64,000 nucleotides of DNA from Cyanophora paradoxa CCMP329 (Eukaryota > Plantae > Glaucophyta). Location: NCBI GenBank assembly GCA_004431415.1, contig QPMI01000408.1:496001-560000 (forward strand), written 5' to 3'. A program made the translations under genes and the position numbers. The notes below the pieces were generated by a model, which saw only the letters and a list, made by a program, of their open reading frames with translations, ran no database searches and had not been told where the DNA came from. Positions 11,380-23,014 of this stretch are shown piece by piece (position 1 is the first letter of the stretch; every line of letters begins with the position of its first letter).

Positions 11380-12443
11380 TGCGAGGCGAACCGCAATGAG
11401 CGCCCGCAGCTCCGTGCACTAGGCTATCGCTGTTTTGGCCGGCTGGGGCGGCTCTCCGGCGGTCTGCCGCCGGCTGTTCCCGCGGTCGAAAAATTCACTG
11501 CACCCCCCCTCCCTTGACGCTGTCGTCAAAACCGAGTGCTGGGCCGCGTCGGGCGCGCGCAGCATCTTCAGCGACCTAGCATCGCATCCGTGGTAGGTTT
11601 GAGCGCTGCCGGCATGCATCTGAGTGCCCGAGCTGGCGCCCGCACGCTCGACGGGCGCGCGTCCAGGGCAGCGCGCGCGCAGCCCGCCCGGCCACACGAA
11701 CCACTTGTATGTATGATACAAAGACCTCTTACGCTACTAGCTCGCCGGCGCCGCGCCCCGGGCTCCTGTTCACTATGCCAGGATCGGCTGCCAGGGACTG
11801 CCTGCCTGGCCGCTGCCATGCCCGGTGCATGTGCCTACGTATTTGTTCCACCAAGGAGCGCCCCGCTCGCCGCCCCCTGCCTTGCACCATGACCATATAC
11901 AACAATCCCTCCGGGAATTGAAGCAAATGCTCCTGGGGGGGGTGCACACCAAGGGCCCTGACATGTTTGCCAACTTGCAATTGCAATTGGCTAGTTGAAT
12001 TCGAATTCGAAATCACAATACGTATATATACTATGATAATTCTGCAGCTGATCATGATCGAGCCTCAGGGAACAGCCACAGGAGCCACAGGAACAGCATA
12101 TGCATGCAGCCGCGTGTGCCGCGGAGTAGGCGAGCGCTGCGGCCGCTGCGGCGCCGGGCGCGGGCCGGCCCGCGGGACTGAACCCAGCTTGGCAGCTGAT
12201 CATGACAGCCGCCCATCTCAGTGACGCTAAGACGCGTACGGCGTCTCGCGCGCGCGTGCGCCGCGGTGAACGAATGCAGCGCTTGAGCAAGCGCGCCGCG
12301 GCGCGCTGGCTAGCGCCGGCGCCAGCGCTAGCCCTACCGGTAGCCGCCGAATTCGAAGTCCAGCGGGGAACAGAAGACGGCTACGTCAATTCTTTGGGGA
12401 CACAGCCAGCGCCGTCTGAGCGGCCGCGGAGGCCCGTGAGGCG

Positions 12444-14659
12444 ATGGAGCAGCTGCCGTGGCACGTGCTGGACCTCGTGCTGGCGCGTCTGCCTCTGCGC
12501 GACATCGCGCGGCTGCAGCGCGTCTGCCGCCGGCTCGCCGACGCCGTCCGCTCTTACGTAGCGTCTGCGGAGGATCTGGAGGTACCGTGCGTGCCGGGGG
12601 CCGCCGCCGCCGGTGCCGCCGGCGACGAGGAGCGGCGTGAGGCGCGCGTGGCGGGCCTGGCGTCCTTCCTGGGCGACGCCTCGCGCCTGCAGCGGCTGTG
12701 GGTCGACTGCTGGGTCGCCCGCCCGTCCCTCGACGCGCCCCAGCCCGCCGCCCACGGCCACGGGGCCCTCTCGGCCGTGCCGGCCCTCGACGCGGCCCTC
12801 CGTGCGGCCCGCGCGGGCGCCCTCGCCGCGCTCCGCGCCCTCGAGCTGGCCGAAGTGCATCCCGGCATGCTCCTCGGCGTCGGCGCGAGCGCGCGGGCGG
12901 CGCGCGGCTGGCTCCCGGCCCTCGAGACCGTTGACCTGCGGGCCGCCCGGGGCGACGGCGATCTCAGCGGCGTCCCTCTGCTGCGCGCAGACGTCCTCGC
13001 GCTCCTCCGCCCGCCCTCCGCCGCCCGCCGCCTCCGCATCGGCGCGCCCTGGCTCGGCGGCGCCCCCGCCGAGCCCGGCGGCGAGCCGCCCGAGGAGGAG
13101 GAGGGCGGGTTCGACTCCCCGCTGGAGGAGTACTGGGGGCCGCCCCTGGGGGGGCCCCGCGGGGGCGCCCTACCCCCCGCCGCCCGCTTCTCCTCCCTCC
13201 GCGTCCTCGCCCTCGACTCCGACCCCTACCGGCGCGCCCGTACCCCCCCCCCCGCCTTGCCGCGTACCCCTGAGGCCGCCCCGCTGCCTCCCCGCAGGCT
13301 CCGGGGCCCGAAGCGCGACCGGCAGCTCAAGCTCATCGCCGTCTCCGCCACTTTCTTCAAGGAGGCTCGTACCCCCTCCCCCCCCAAAAAAATAGCCGAC
13401 GTTGACGTACCCCCCGCAGGTTGCGGAGGCGGCCCCACTGCTGGAGGAGCTCGGCGTGCGGGGGGTGTGCTCCGCCGACGACGGCGCGGCCGTCGACGAC
13501 GCCGCCCTCGCACCGTACCCCCCCCGCCCGCCCCCGACCCCGACCCCGCGTACCCCCCGACCGACCGAGGCGCAGGCTGGCGTGCCTGCCGCGGCTGAGG
13601 CGGCTGCGGCTGGCGCTGGCGGTGAGCGCCGGCTGGGTGGCCTTTCGCCTGCCCGAGGGCCACCGGGCGGCCCGCACCGCCGCCCTCGCCATGGGCCCCC
13701 GCCTCGAGGAGCTCGTCCTCGCCGGCTTCGGCGGCCTCCGCTGGGCCAGCCTCCTGCCCGCCCTCCGCGCCCACGGCGGGCCCCTCCGCGGCCTCGCCCT
13801 CCTCGACTGCCCCCGCCTCGTGCCCCACGACTCTTGGGCCGAGGCCGACCCGGCGAGCGGCGCCGCCCTCGACCCCGCCGTCCTCGCCCGCGCCGAGACC
13901 CTGGCGCTGGACCTGCGGCCCCTCCCGCCCGCCGCCGCCGCCGCCGCCGCCTCGGCCCTCGCCGCCGCCCTCCGCCTCCCCGGGTGCCGCACGCGCGCCC
14001 TCTCGCTCGCCGCGGCCAACATCCCCGATGCGCTGCTCGCCTCCGCCCCGCTCCCGCACCTCCGCTCCCTCTGCCTCCAGCTCCCTGAGGACGGATCCGT
14101 CGGCCCCCGCCGCGCCGAGGCGCTCTTCCGCGCAGTACCCCTCGTCGAGAGCCTCGCCCTCGTGTGCGACGCGTGCCTGGGGTACCCCGCGGTGGACGAC
14201 CAGGCGGCGGCCGCGCTCGCCGCCTCCTGCCCCCGCCTCCGCACGCTCCGGCTCGACGCCGCCGCGATCTCGAGCGAGGGCTTCGCGGCTCTTGGGGCCG
14301 CCCCCGCGCCCCTGGAGGCCCTCAGGCTCGGCCCCGGCCTCGAGCACTGCGACGCCGAGTGCGTCGCGGCGCTGGGGCGCGGCGCCAACGGCGGCGGCCC
14401 GCCGGCCACGCTCCGCGAGCTCGTGATCAAGGGCCCGTGCGCCCTGCGGGCGAAGGACCTGCGGGGCGGCTCCGCGCGCGCGCTCTGGGCCCCCTTCGCC
14501 TCCCTGCGGCGCGTCACGCTGCAGCTCCCGCCCGCCGCCGCGGCCGCCCTCTCCGCCCCGTACTACGGGTTCGGGGCCGACGATTTCTGGGTACCCCCCT
14601 TCGACCTGCGGCTCCGGCACGCGGCCCCCGGCCCCGACGGCGACAGCCACCTCTTCTAG
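12444..14659 (+). CDS. F-box/LRR (RNI-like) protein
   Basis: N-terminal LPWHVLDLVLARLPLRDIARLQRVCRRL F-box; repeated LxxLxL leucine-rich segments (CPRLRTLRL). Confidence 0.8.
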
Positions 14660-14734
14660 CTCTTAGCCAGCTCTTCGCTAGTTCTAGTTCCATTCGTGAA
14701 TCGCAATTGCGAGCGCGATTGAATTCAACATTCG

Positions 14735-16099
14735 CTAGACGTCGAGGTCCTCGTCGGGGTCTACCCCCTCCTCGCCCTCGCCCCCCTCCTCGTCGAGGGC
14801 GCCCGAGAAGAGGGGCGGCGTGGCGTCGGCGGCGGTGCCGCCCGTGAGGCCGCGGGCGACGACCCTGTCCCGTGCCGCCCGCTGCTGCTCCGTCACCGTC
14901 GTGCTGAACGGCAGCGCGATCGAAATCGCCGCCGGGCCGGCCGCGGGGCGAACGTTCGCCCCCGACGCCCGCGCCGCGCTCTTCGGCTCGGGGTCCTGAG
15001 GGGGGGTCGGCGGGGGACGCGGGGAGGGGGGGGGGGGGCGCACGTGCCGGGTACAGGAGAGGCCGCCGGAGGGCTCGTGCGTGCAGATCTCCGTCTGCAG
15101 ATTCGCGTGAGGCCAAAGATCGAAACGCGGACACGGAGGGCAACGGTGGATCCGCGTACCCCCCTCGCGACGCGGCCGCTGCGGCGCTTCTGGAGCCAGT
15201 GGCAGAGGAATGAGCCGGGGGCGCCGCCCGGGTTGGGAGCGACGAGGGCGAGCCCCGCGGCGGAGTGCTCCAGGGCCGCGGAGGCCGCCGCCGCGTGGAG
15301 GTCTCGGTGCAGGCCCGCCAGCGCGATGCACGCCCCGGCGCCGCCCTCTGGTCGGTCGGCGTGAGGGAGGCAGGCGGCTGGGGGGCCGGGGCGGGGCGGA
15401 CCGGAGCGGGGGTAGAAGAGGGAGGCGAGGAAGCGGACGAGGGTGGGAGCGGTGGAGCGTAGGAGGAGGCGGCTCAGCGAGTCGATCGCGACGCCGACGC
15501 CGAGCCGCGGCGCCCCGGGGGGCGGCGCTGCGCCGTTGGCCACGGGTCAGCAGGCGGCGCGGCGCGGCGCGCACGGAGGGCGCGGGGCGCACCAGTGGAC
15601 GCTGCGGCGTCCGAGATGGCGCGCTGGAGCGCTGGGAGGTCATTGAGCGACCGGAAGCAGCTCGCCGCGACGTGATCGACGGGGAGGCCCGCCGGGGGCG
15701 GCGCCGGCGGCGCGTCGCCCGCCCAGCCGAGCGGGTCCGTGTACGCATCGACCACCGCCACGCGTATCTGCCGCCTGCGCTCGCTTAGCCGCGGCCGCGG
15801 GGCGCGGCGCGCGCGCGAGGGCCCGCGCACCGCCGGACCTGCTCAAGCAGGCGGTAGTACGCCGCGGGGGGCCTCTCCAGCGCCACAAGCACGAAGCAGT
15901 CCCTACAAATGGGCGTCAGCACCGCTGCGCTCCGGGGCGACCGGGGCGGGGCGCACGTCGACTTCGAGGCGTTCAGGAGGCGGCGGACGAGGAAGGAGAA
16001 GACGGCCTCGCCGTCCGCCGAGTCGATGCCATCTCGCTGGTCGTCCAGGACGAGCACCGGGCCCGCAGCCTCTGCGCCCGCCGAGAGCTGGTCCAGCAT
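14735..16099 (-). CDS. ELP5: Elongator complex protein 5 (start uncertain)
   Basis: VVDAYTDPLGW, VAIDSLSRLL, LHRDLH, KRRSGRV, LPFSTTVTEQQRAARDRV and C-terminal DPDEDLDV*. Confidence 0.82.
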
Positions 16100-16258
16100 C
16101 GCCGAGATTGAGTACCCCGCTCACGCGAACATTGCCGATCCGAGCGCCGCACGCGCGCGCTTTCATTCCGTGTAGCTAATCTATCTGTTCCGCCTGGACG
16201 GCTTTCGGGCATCGAGCGCATGCGGGCGGCGTAACCGCCCGCGCGCACCACAACCAGA

Positions 16259-18399
16259 ATGCCGTGGAGGCTCCAAGCGGCGCAGGCGCCGGCGCCGTCA
16301 CATTCGCTAGAGCATGGAGAACTCCATGAGCATTCGCGCCCGCACGCGTCGCGCTGGCGGCATGGCGCGGCCCGCGCCGCGCTGTTGCGCTTCACCCTCG
16401 TTCTCGTCGGCCACGTCGCGCTGCGCGTCCGCGCCCAGCTCGCCGCCGCGCATCGCCAGGTACGAACGGCCTGCCTCCGCTTGAAATGTGCGCATGGGCA
16501 GCCCACCCCGCGCGGCCCGCCAGCCTGCAGCAGCGCAGCTGACCGCCTAGCCTTCGAAACTCGGCCGCGGCCGCAGCTGGCGAGGCGATCGGGGGGCGCC
16601 GCCTCGGCGGCCTCCTCTGGCGCCTCACGGGCCTCTCCGTCTACATTCCCGTCCCCCGCTTCACTCTCCTCCGGTGCGCCGCCGCGCGCCGTAGCTCCGA
16701 TGGACCTTAGATCCGGCCGCCGCGCCGGCGCGCGCGCGCGCGCCCTGACTCCGCCGCGCGCGCGCGCTCTCGCGCAGCGTGCACTGGACGACGCCCGTGA
16801 CCCTGTACGCCTTCATCTACCTCGCCCGCGCACACCGCGAGGCCGCCGAGACGTGCGCGCCTGCGAACGAAGTGGGGGGCGCGCGCCGGCCCCGAGGCTA
16901 GCTAGCTAGCTAGCTAGCCCGTCTGGCGGCTGCCCGAGAACCGCGCAGGGCGGCGATGGAAAGGGGCCAGCACGTCCGCTTCCTGGTGGGCCTCCTCCGT
17001 ACCCCCTCCTCGCCCTCGAATCCCTTCCCCGCCTCCCCGCGCTTCACCGCTCGCGCGCCGGCGCGCCCGCCCCGCAGTTCGGGGACCGGGAGATCCTCTT
17101 GGGAGGCCTCCTCATCCTCTGCTCCGTCTTTGTGCACGGTACCACTCCGATCAGATCAGATCAGATCGGAGCAGCCGCTCGGCGGCGAGCGCGAACGAAG
17201 TGGGGGGCGGGCCCGGGGCGCAGAGGCGGCGCACGGCATCGCGTTCCGCTTCTACGGCCACAAGGTGCCGACGAGGCCGCCCGCCCCACGTGTACCTCCA
17301 AATCAGGCTAGCCTGGGATCGAGCGGGGCCGGCCCGGCAGGTCGACGAGATCTGCGTGCACGTCATCGGGGGGTACGCCAAGGGCGCGCGCTCCAATGTC
17401 ATCACCGAGCCCCAGAACGCCGTTATCGCGGTGCGTACCCCTCCCGAACTCGAAGCCACGGGGCTGCAGTACCCCCGCCCACGCCCGGCGGACAGGCCGC
17501 CGGCCCCGCCGCGAGCGTCGCGTTCGGCTGCCTGTGCGTTGTGCCGGCGCCGTACCCCCCTCCCGCTTCCCCTCCCTCCCCCTCACCGCGCGGCGGGCAG
17601 CCTGCAGCGCCTGGCGCCGCATATCGCCGTGGACCCCCGCACCGCCGCCCTCCTCGCAGGGGCAGCCTGGGGCAACGTCACCACAGTGCGCATTTTTGTA
17701 CCCCCTCACCCTGCGCCGCGTAACATATTCCGTACCCCACGATGACGCCCGACGGCTGCTTCGGGGCCGCAGGGTGCCCTCAACATGCTGCCGATGTACC
17801 CCCTGTGCGACCGGGCGCCTGTACCCCGCCTTCCCCTGGACTTCTTTCCGTGATTACTGTACCCTGCAGGGACGGCGGCCGCGTGACTCGCGCCCTTCTC
17901 CGCCTTACGATGTCTGACGAGGGCGCCGCCGACGGCGTGCGCACGCGTACCCCTCCGCTTCCTCTTCCGGAACCCTCGTTGAGCTGTACCCCTCCTGCAG
18001 GCCACGGCGCTGGTATCCCTGTTCGTGGCGGGCGGCTTCACGACGGCCGCCCTCCGCTTCGGCGATTTCTCGGCACCCCTCACCGTCCTCTTCGTCCTCG
18101 CGGTACCCCCCCTTCCCCCATTTCCTCCCTCGCCCGCCTGCTCTAAATATAGCGCAGGAGGCGTTCGGGGAGCTGCTGCTCGACCGCACGCGGGCCGCAG
18201 CCGAGGCGACCCACCAGGAGCTGTGGTACCCCCATGTTTTTCCCCGCCCCCCCCCCCTAAAGAAATCAATTTTCGGCGCAGGGAGTTCGGGGCCGAGTAC
18301 GCGTCCGCGGGACGGGACGGGGACGCCGAATCCTGGGCGGAGGCCCTCGAGGAGGCCTCGGTACCCCCCAGCTCGTCTCGTACCCCCCTCCAACTCTAA
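16259..18399 (+). CDS. site-2 protease (peptidase M50) family membrane metalloprotease
   Basis: Spliced VH|EAAHG (HExxH), AAGPAAS and NMLPMYPL|DGGR (NxxPxxxLDG) motifs with hydrophobic helices. Confidence 0.82.
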
Positions 18400-18933
18400 C
18401 CCCCATGTTCTTCGAATTCGCAGCGGGCTGGCCATGGGGGGCCGAGCCCCCCGGAGCCCCCCGAGTGCGGGCACGAGCTGGGGGGGCCCTTCGACGCCGA
18501 CGCCCCCCTCCGCTTCCCCCTCTGCGCCTGCGCCTGCAGCCACCGTACCCCCGACGTCGACCTAGAGGCGGGTCCCCCCTCCTCGCCCCTCCCGCCCCCC
18601 TCGCCGGCCAAGGCGAAGGCGGCCGCGGCCGGCGGGGCGGGCGCGGGTGGGCGGGGCCTGGCGGCGCTGCGGGCCTTGGGCCGCCTTTTCGCGGCGGGCG
18701 GGGGTGGGGCCCGCGGGGCCGCCCCCAACGACCTCCGCTCCCGCCACCCCCGCAGGGGCCTGTAACCAGCTGGTTTCGGGGCCTACAGCCGGCCCCGAGC
18801 CGTAGCCTGCAGCCTGTAGATACAACCTGTGGCTCGAGCCCGAGAGGCACTGTTGCATATAAATAATAATAATAATTTTAAGCTAGTTCATGTCAATTAC
18901 ACCCCCACTAGGCTTCGGCTACGCGCGCAGCAC

Positions 18934-19934
18934 TTAGCCGGCCCCCAAGACGGACCCGACGGAGCGGCGGGCGGCGAGGAGGTAGAGGCCGCAGACGGCG
19001 AGGACGCCCAGAAGCGCCGCGAGGACCGACGCCAGCGCGTACCGCCACGCCGGCCCCGCCTCCAGAGACTGCCGGGGGGGGGGATGAGCGGGGAGGCGGA
19101 GGGGGGGAAGAAGCCGCAGGGGGGTACCTTGACCTCGCCGACGAAGGAGGAGAAGGTGGAGAGGCAGCCGCAGAAGCCGTCGGGAATGACCGCCATCCAA
19201 AGCGCTGCGCCCCGCCAGTCCTGCGGGAAGCCTCGCAAAACGCTTGCCAAGTTCGAAAACGGTGTACCCCCACGGACCGCGAAGTCGCGGGGCCGGCCGG
19301 AGGAGTCGCCCCCCGCCTCCCCGAGGACCACGAAGCAGGCGGCGACGATGAGGGAGCCCGCCACGTTCGCCGCGAAGGTCATCAGCTGGGGGTACGCGGT
19401 TCGTGGACGGGGGTACGTGGTGCTGGGATCGGAGGGGGGGAGGGCACGGGGAAGGTGGGGGTGCGGTTGTTGCGGCGGGAGAGCTCATAGCGCACGGCGC
19501 AGCCGAAGGGGCCGCAGAGGGCCGCGAGCCAGCGGCGGCGCCTGGGGTACAGTGAGGCCAGAAGGGGCGAGGCCGGGGGTACAGGGGGCGCCTGGGGGGG
19601 TCGAAGAAGGCGAGCGCGAGGAGGAGGGCCGAGAGGCCCGCGGCGGCGGCGGCGGAGAGGGGGGCCTGGGGTACAGGGATTAACGGGGGTGGGCGGGGCA
19701 CGGAAGAGGGATACGCACGAGGGGGAAGGAGCCAGAGAGGGTAGAGGGCTCGTTGGAGGGCGGGGGACGGGACAGTGTCCCCTGCTGGGGAGGGGGCGGC
19801 GGGGGGTCGAGGCGGGGGGCGGGGGGGTACAGCCAGCGGCCGATCTGCTCCCCGGCTAGGAGGGAGGAGTAGCACACGGAGAGGCCCACGACGAGCGTGA
19901 CCGCCGCCGGGCCGACCTGGGGATACGCGGCTCA

Positions 19935-19975
<41 letters not shown>

Positions 19976-20807
19976 GGGCGCGCCGCGCCGCGAAGGATCT
20001 TGAGGTTAACGTCCTGCAGCAGGGGGCGAAGCGAAGCGTCAGAGAGCAGAGCAGGGCGCGTGCGTGGCGCGCGATCGCGCGGGTCCCACCTGGATCCAGT
20101 TGGAGAAGGAGGTGAGGGAGCCGCAAAACCAGGAGCGGAGGAGGACGAGCGCGAGGCCGCTCCAGCCCGAGAACGCTTGGCTTCGCGCGCGTGGGCGGAT
20201 CGAACCCGATCGGCCGACAGGAGAGCGCGGATGGCGAAGCTTAAGATGGCGCTTTCACCTCATGCCGAAGATGGCGCAGCCGACGATGTTCGCGAGGAGG
20301 GCGGAGTGCACGACGCCCGACGCCCCAAGGCTCACGCCCATCGCCGCGAGCGCTTCTCCGAGGAAGACGCGCGCCAGCGTTCCGACCTGGGCTGCGCATG
20401 CTCGGCGGGCCGTGGGCGGCGGCGGGCGGGACGGAGCAGCGGCGCGCGCGCCGACCTGCGAGGACGAGAAGCGGCAGGCATACGTGGGGCTCCGCCGGCA
20501 GGCGCGTCGGCGGCGGCTGGGCCGGCGACGCCGGCTTTGAATTCCTGGGCCCGCCGCCGAACACGCCGAAGAACCTCGGCGTCGACGGGCGTTCTGAACG
20601 ATCCCCGCCGTCGCTTGCAACGACACGGAAGCTGCGCTGGGGCTGTATCGAGGCGCGCTCGCGCCGGACGGTGCAGAGTTTCAGGGGCCCGCGGCCGCCG
20701 ACGTTGAAGGACAAGGTGCGCCGGATCGGGACCGCGACGGCCCCGGCAAAGCATGTTCGGTTCTGTAAATGCGCGCGCGGAGATGCCGGCCGCGGCGCCG
20801 ACGCCAT
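18934..20807 (-). CDS. FEX: fluoride exporter FEX (tandem CrcB/Fluc domains)
   Basis: GTLAR...LLANIVGCAIFG, TFAANVAGS and GFCGCLSTFSSFVGE CrcB motifs; start uncertain. Confidence 0.82.
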
Positions 20808-21331
20808 GCTGGCGCTACGCTATGCTGGCGCTATAGGCCCTCCTTGCGGTATACGTACCCCCTCCGGACTGTTGCGTCTCGTACCCCTGATACTAAAAGT
20901 CTTGTACCCCCTGATACTAAAGTCTTGTACCCCTATATATATCTCTGTAGCCATAGCTGGCGCCATATATCCCGAGCCTGGAGCTCGAGTCGCCCCCCCG
21001 TCGACGTCCCTCCCCTCCTCTACAGCTAGGCCTCCCCTCCTTCCCCCGGCCAGGGCCCTCGCCAGGGTTCTGCACTCGGGAGCCTGCGGGTGTCACTGTG
21101 ATCTGTGCGCATGCCCTCATTTGTACACCGCGTCCTCGGCGCCGGCGCCGGCGCGGCCCTACATCCTACCCTACAATATCTTACTAATTATAAGCGTACG
21201 CAAAGCAACCTCTTGAAACAACGGCCTGCCTACTAACCTGCGCTAATGGGACACGGATCCCGCGCCGCCTCACCTCCGCGGGTCTTGGCCTGCGCGAATC
21301 CAAAGCACGGGCCCGCGGCGTAAGAGTAGAT

Positions 21332-22946
21332 CTAGAAGAGCAGAAGAGGAGAAGACGTAGGCGCGCCCTGCATCCAGACGTAGACGGACTGGTCCCAGCC
21401 GGCGGTGGCGATCATGCCCTCGGTGAAGAGGCCGAAGTCGAGGCCGACGCAGAACTCCGTGTGGTGGTTGTACCTGCCGCCCCGTCGGCGTTCAGCGGTG
21501 CCGGGCGCGAGGCGCGAGGCGCGAGGCCCGATCAGCGCCGGCCCGGTAGAGGATAGCCACTCTATCAGCGCCCCTGGTCCTCCCGCCGCCACGCCCCACC
21601 CCGCCCCGCCCCGCTCGGCCCGCCCCCCTCGCGGCAGGGCCCGGTGGGGGGCGCGCGGACCGCTGGAGGAGGGGGTCGGGCTGCGAGACGTCCCACACCG
21701 CCATCGTCATGTCGCTGCGCCCCGCGCGAGCGGGGCCACCGTTAGTCAGCACGGCCGGGCGCCTTTAAGATTAAGATTTAGGGGAGCGCACTGGGAGGCG
21801 GTGCCGAGGATGGTCTCCGAGTGGGGCGAGAACTCGACCCGGCGGACCGCGTTGCCGTGGCCGGACAGCACCCGCACCGGCTGCTGCACCTTCCGAATGT
21901 CCTGGGGGGGGAGGAGTCAGGGGTAGGGGATGGACGGGGAGGAGCGCTGCAGCTGGCTAGAGGGGGTACCCAGATCTTGCAGGTCTTGTCGACGGAGGCG
22001 GTGGCGAGGACGAACTGGTTGTACTTGTTCCAGTCGCAGCTCAGGATCTCGAACTGGTGCGCCGGTATGCTCCCGATCGACCGCGGCACTGCGGCGCGCC
22101 CCGGCGCGCGCGCGTCAGCGCCGGAGGCACTCGTTGCTATGCGAGGGCGAGGGCGCGCCGCGCACTGTTCGTGTCCCATATCTTCGCCGTGAGGTCGCCC
22201 GACACGCTCGCGAAGATGCGCGGCGACTGCGGCGACCAGACGGCGCTGTACACGCAGTACTGGTGCTCCTGCGCGGGCCGGTTGGCCGAGAGGCCGCGCG
22301 CGGGGCGGGGCGGGGCGAGGCGGGACGAAGCGACGGGACTGCGCTCGCCTTGAAGGTCGCTACGGCTCGGGGCGACTCCGGCTTCCACAGCTTGATCGAG
22401 TCGTCCCAGGAAGCGGAGAGGAAGCAGTCCTTGCTGCGGAGCGGTCAGCGGCGCGCGGCCGGGAGCCTCGGGCTGCGCCGCACGTCTGCAGGTTCCAGTC
22501 GACGCCGTACACCTCGTGCGTGTGCTCCTGGAAGCTGCGGATGGGCACGCCGGGCTGCTGCACGTTGAACATCTTTACGCTGCCGTCTCCGCACGCGCTG
22601 ATCAGGATGTTCTCGTTCTGCGCGCCGCGCCTCGTGAATCCGCGTGCGCCGCCCGCGCCGGGCGCGCGGCGGCGGACCTGTTCGCTCCACGCGCAGTCGT
22701 AGAGCCCGTCCTTCGTTTCGAACACCGCGACGGGCATGATCCCGTTTGGCTGGATTGCGAGCACATACTGTCGCCCGTTCCCGACGATGCCGAAGTACTG
22801 CGACGCCGCGACGGCGAGCTTCCCGTCCTCGAACGGGCTGAACTTGCACTGCGGTCCTCCGGGCGCTCAGCGGGCGTTCCGACTCGCTGCGCACAAAGAG
22901 AACAGCGCACCGCGTAGCCCTGCACTCCGGGCGTGCGGAAGAGCAT
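21332..22946 (-). CDS. PEX7: peroxisomal PTS2 receptor (WD40)
   Basis: GYA|VQFSPFEDGKLAVAASQYFGIVGNG, DGLYDCAWSE, EILSCDWNKYN, HHTEFCVGLDF. Confidence 0.95.
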
Positions 22947-23014
22947 CGCTCCAGGCGGTCCTGAGGCGGAACGGACCAGGGTACCGATTGAAATCGAGGT
23001 CGGGTTCGGCAGCC

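Larger units (their letters stand above)
6906..11963 (-). mobile_element. IS3EU-like DDE DNA transposon, 5,058 bp, with imperfect TIRs and 6-bp TSD
   Basis: TGTTTG at 6900-6905 and 11964-11969; left end TATCAGGGACTAACGTGTGCAACCCCCC versus reverse complement of right end TGTCAGGGCCCTTGGTGTGCACCCCCCC; internal IS3-like transposase. Confidence 0.88.

Noticed and set aside
19935-19974. Poly-G and similar poly-C tracts (37389-37510, 54452-54526) as functional elements
   Set aside because: Low-complexity intronic or UTR runs whose lengths are unreliable in assemblies
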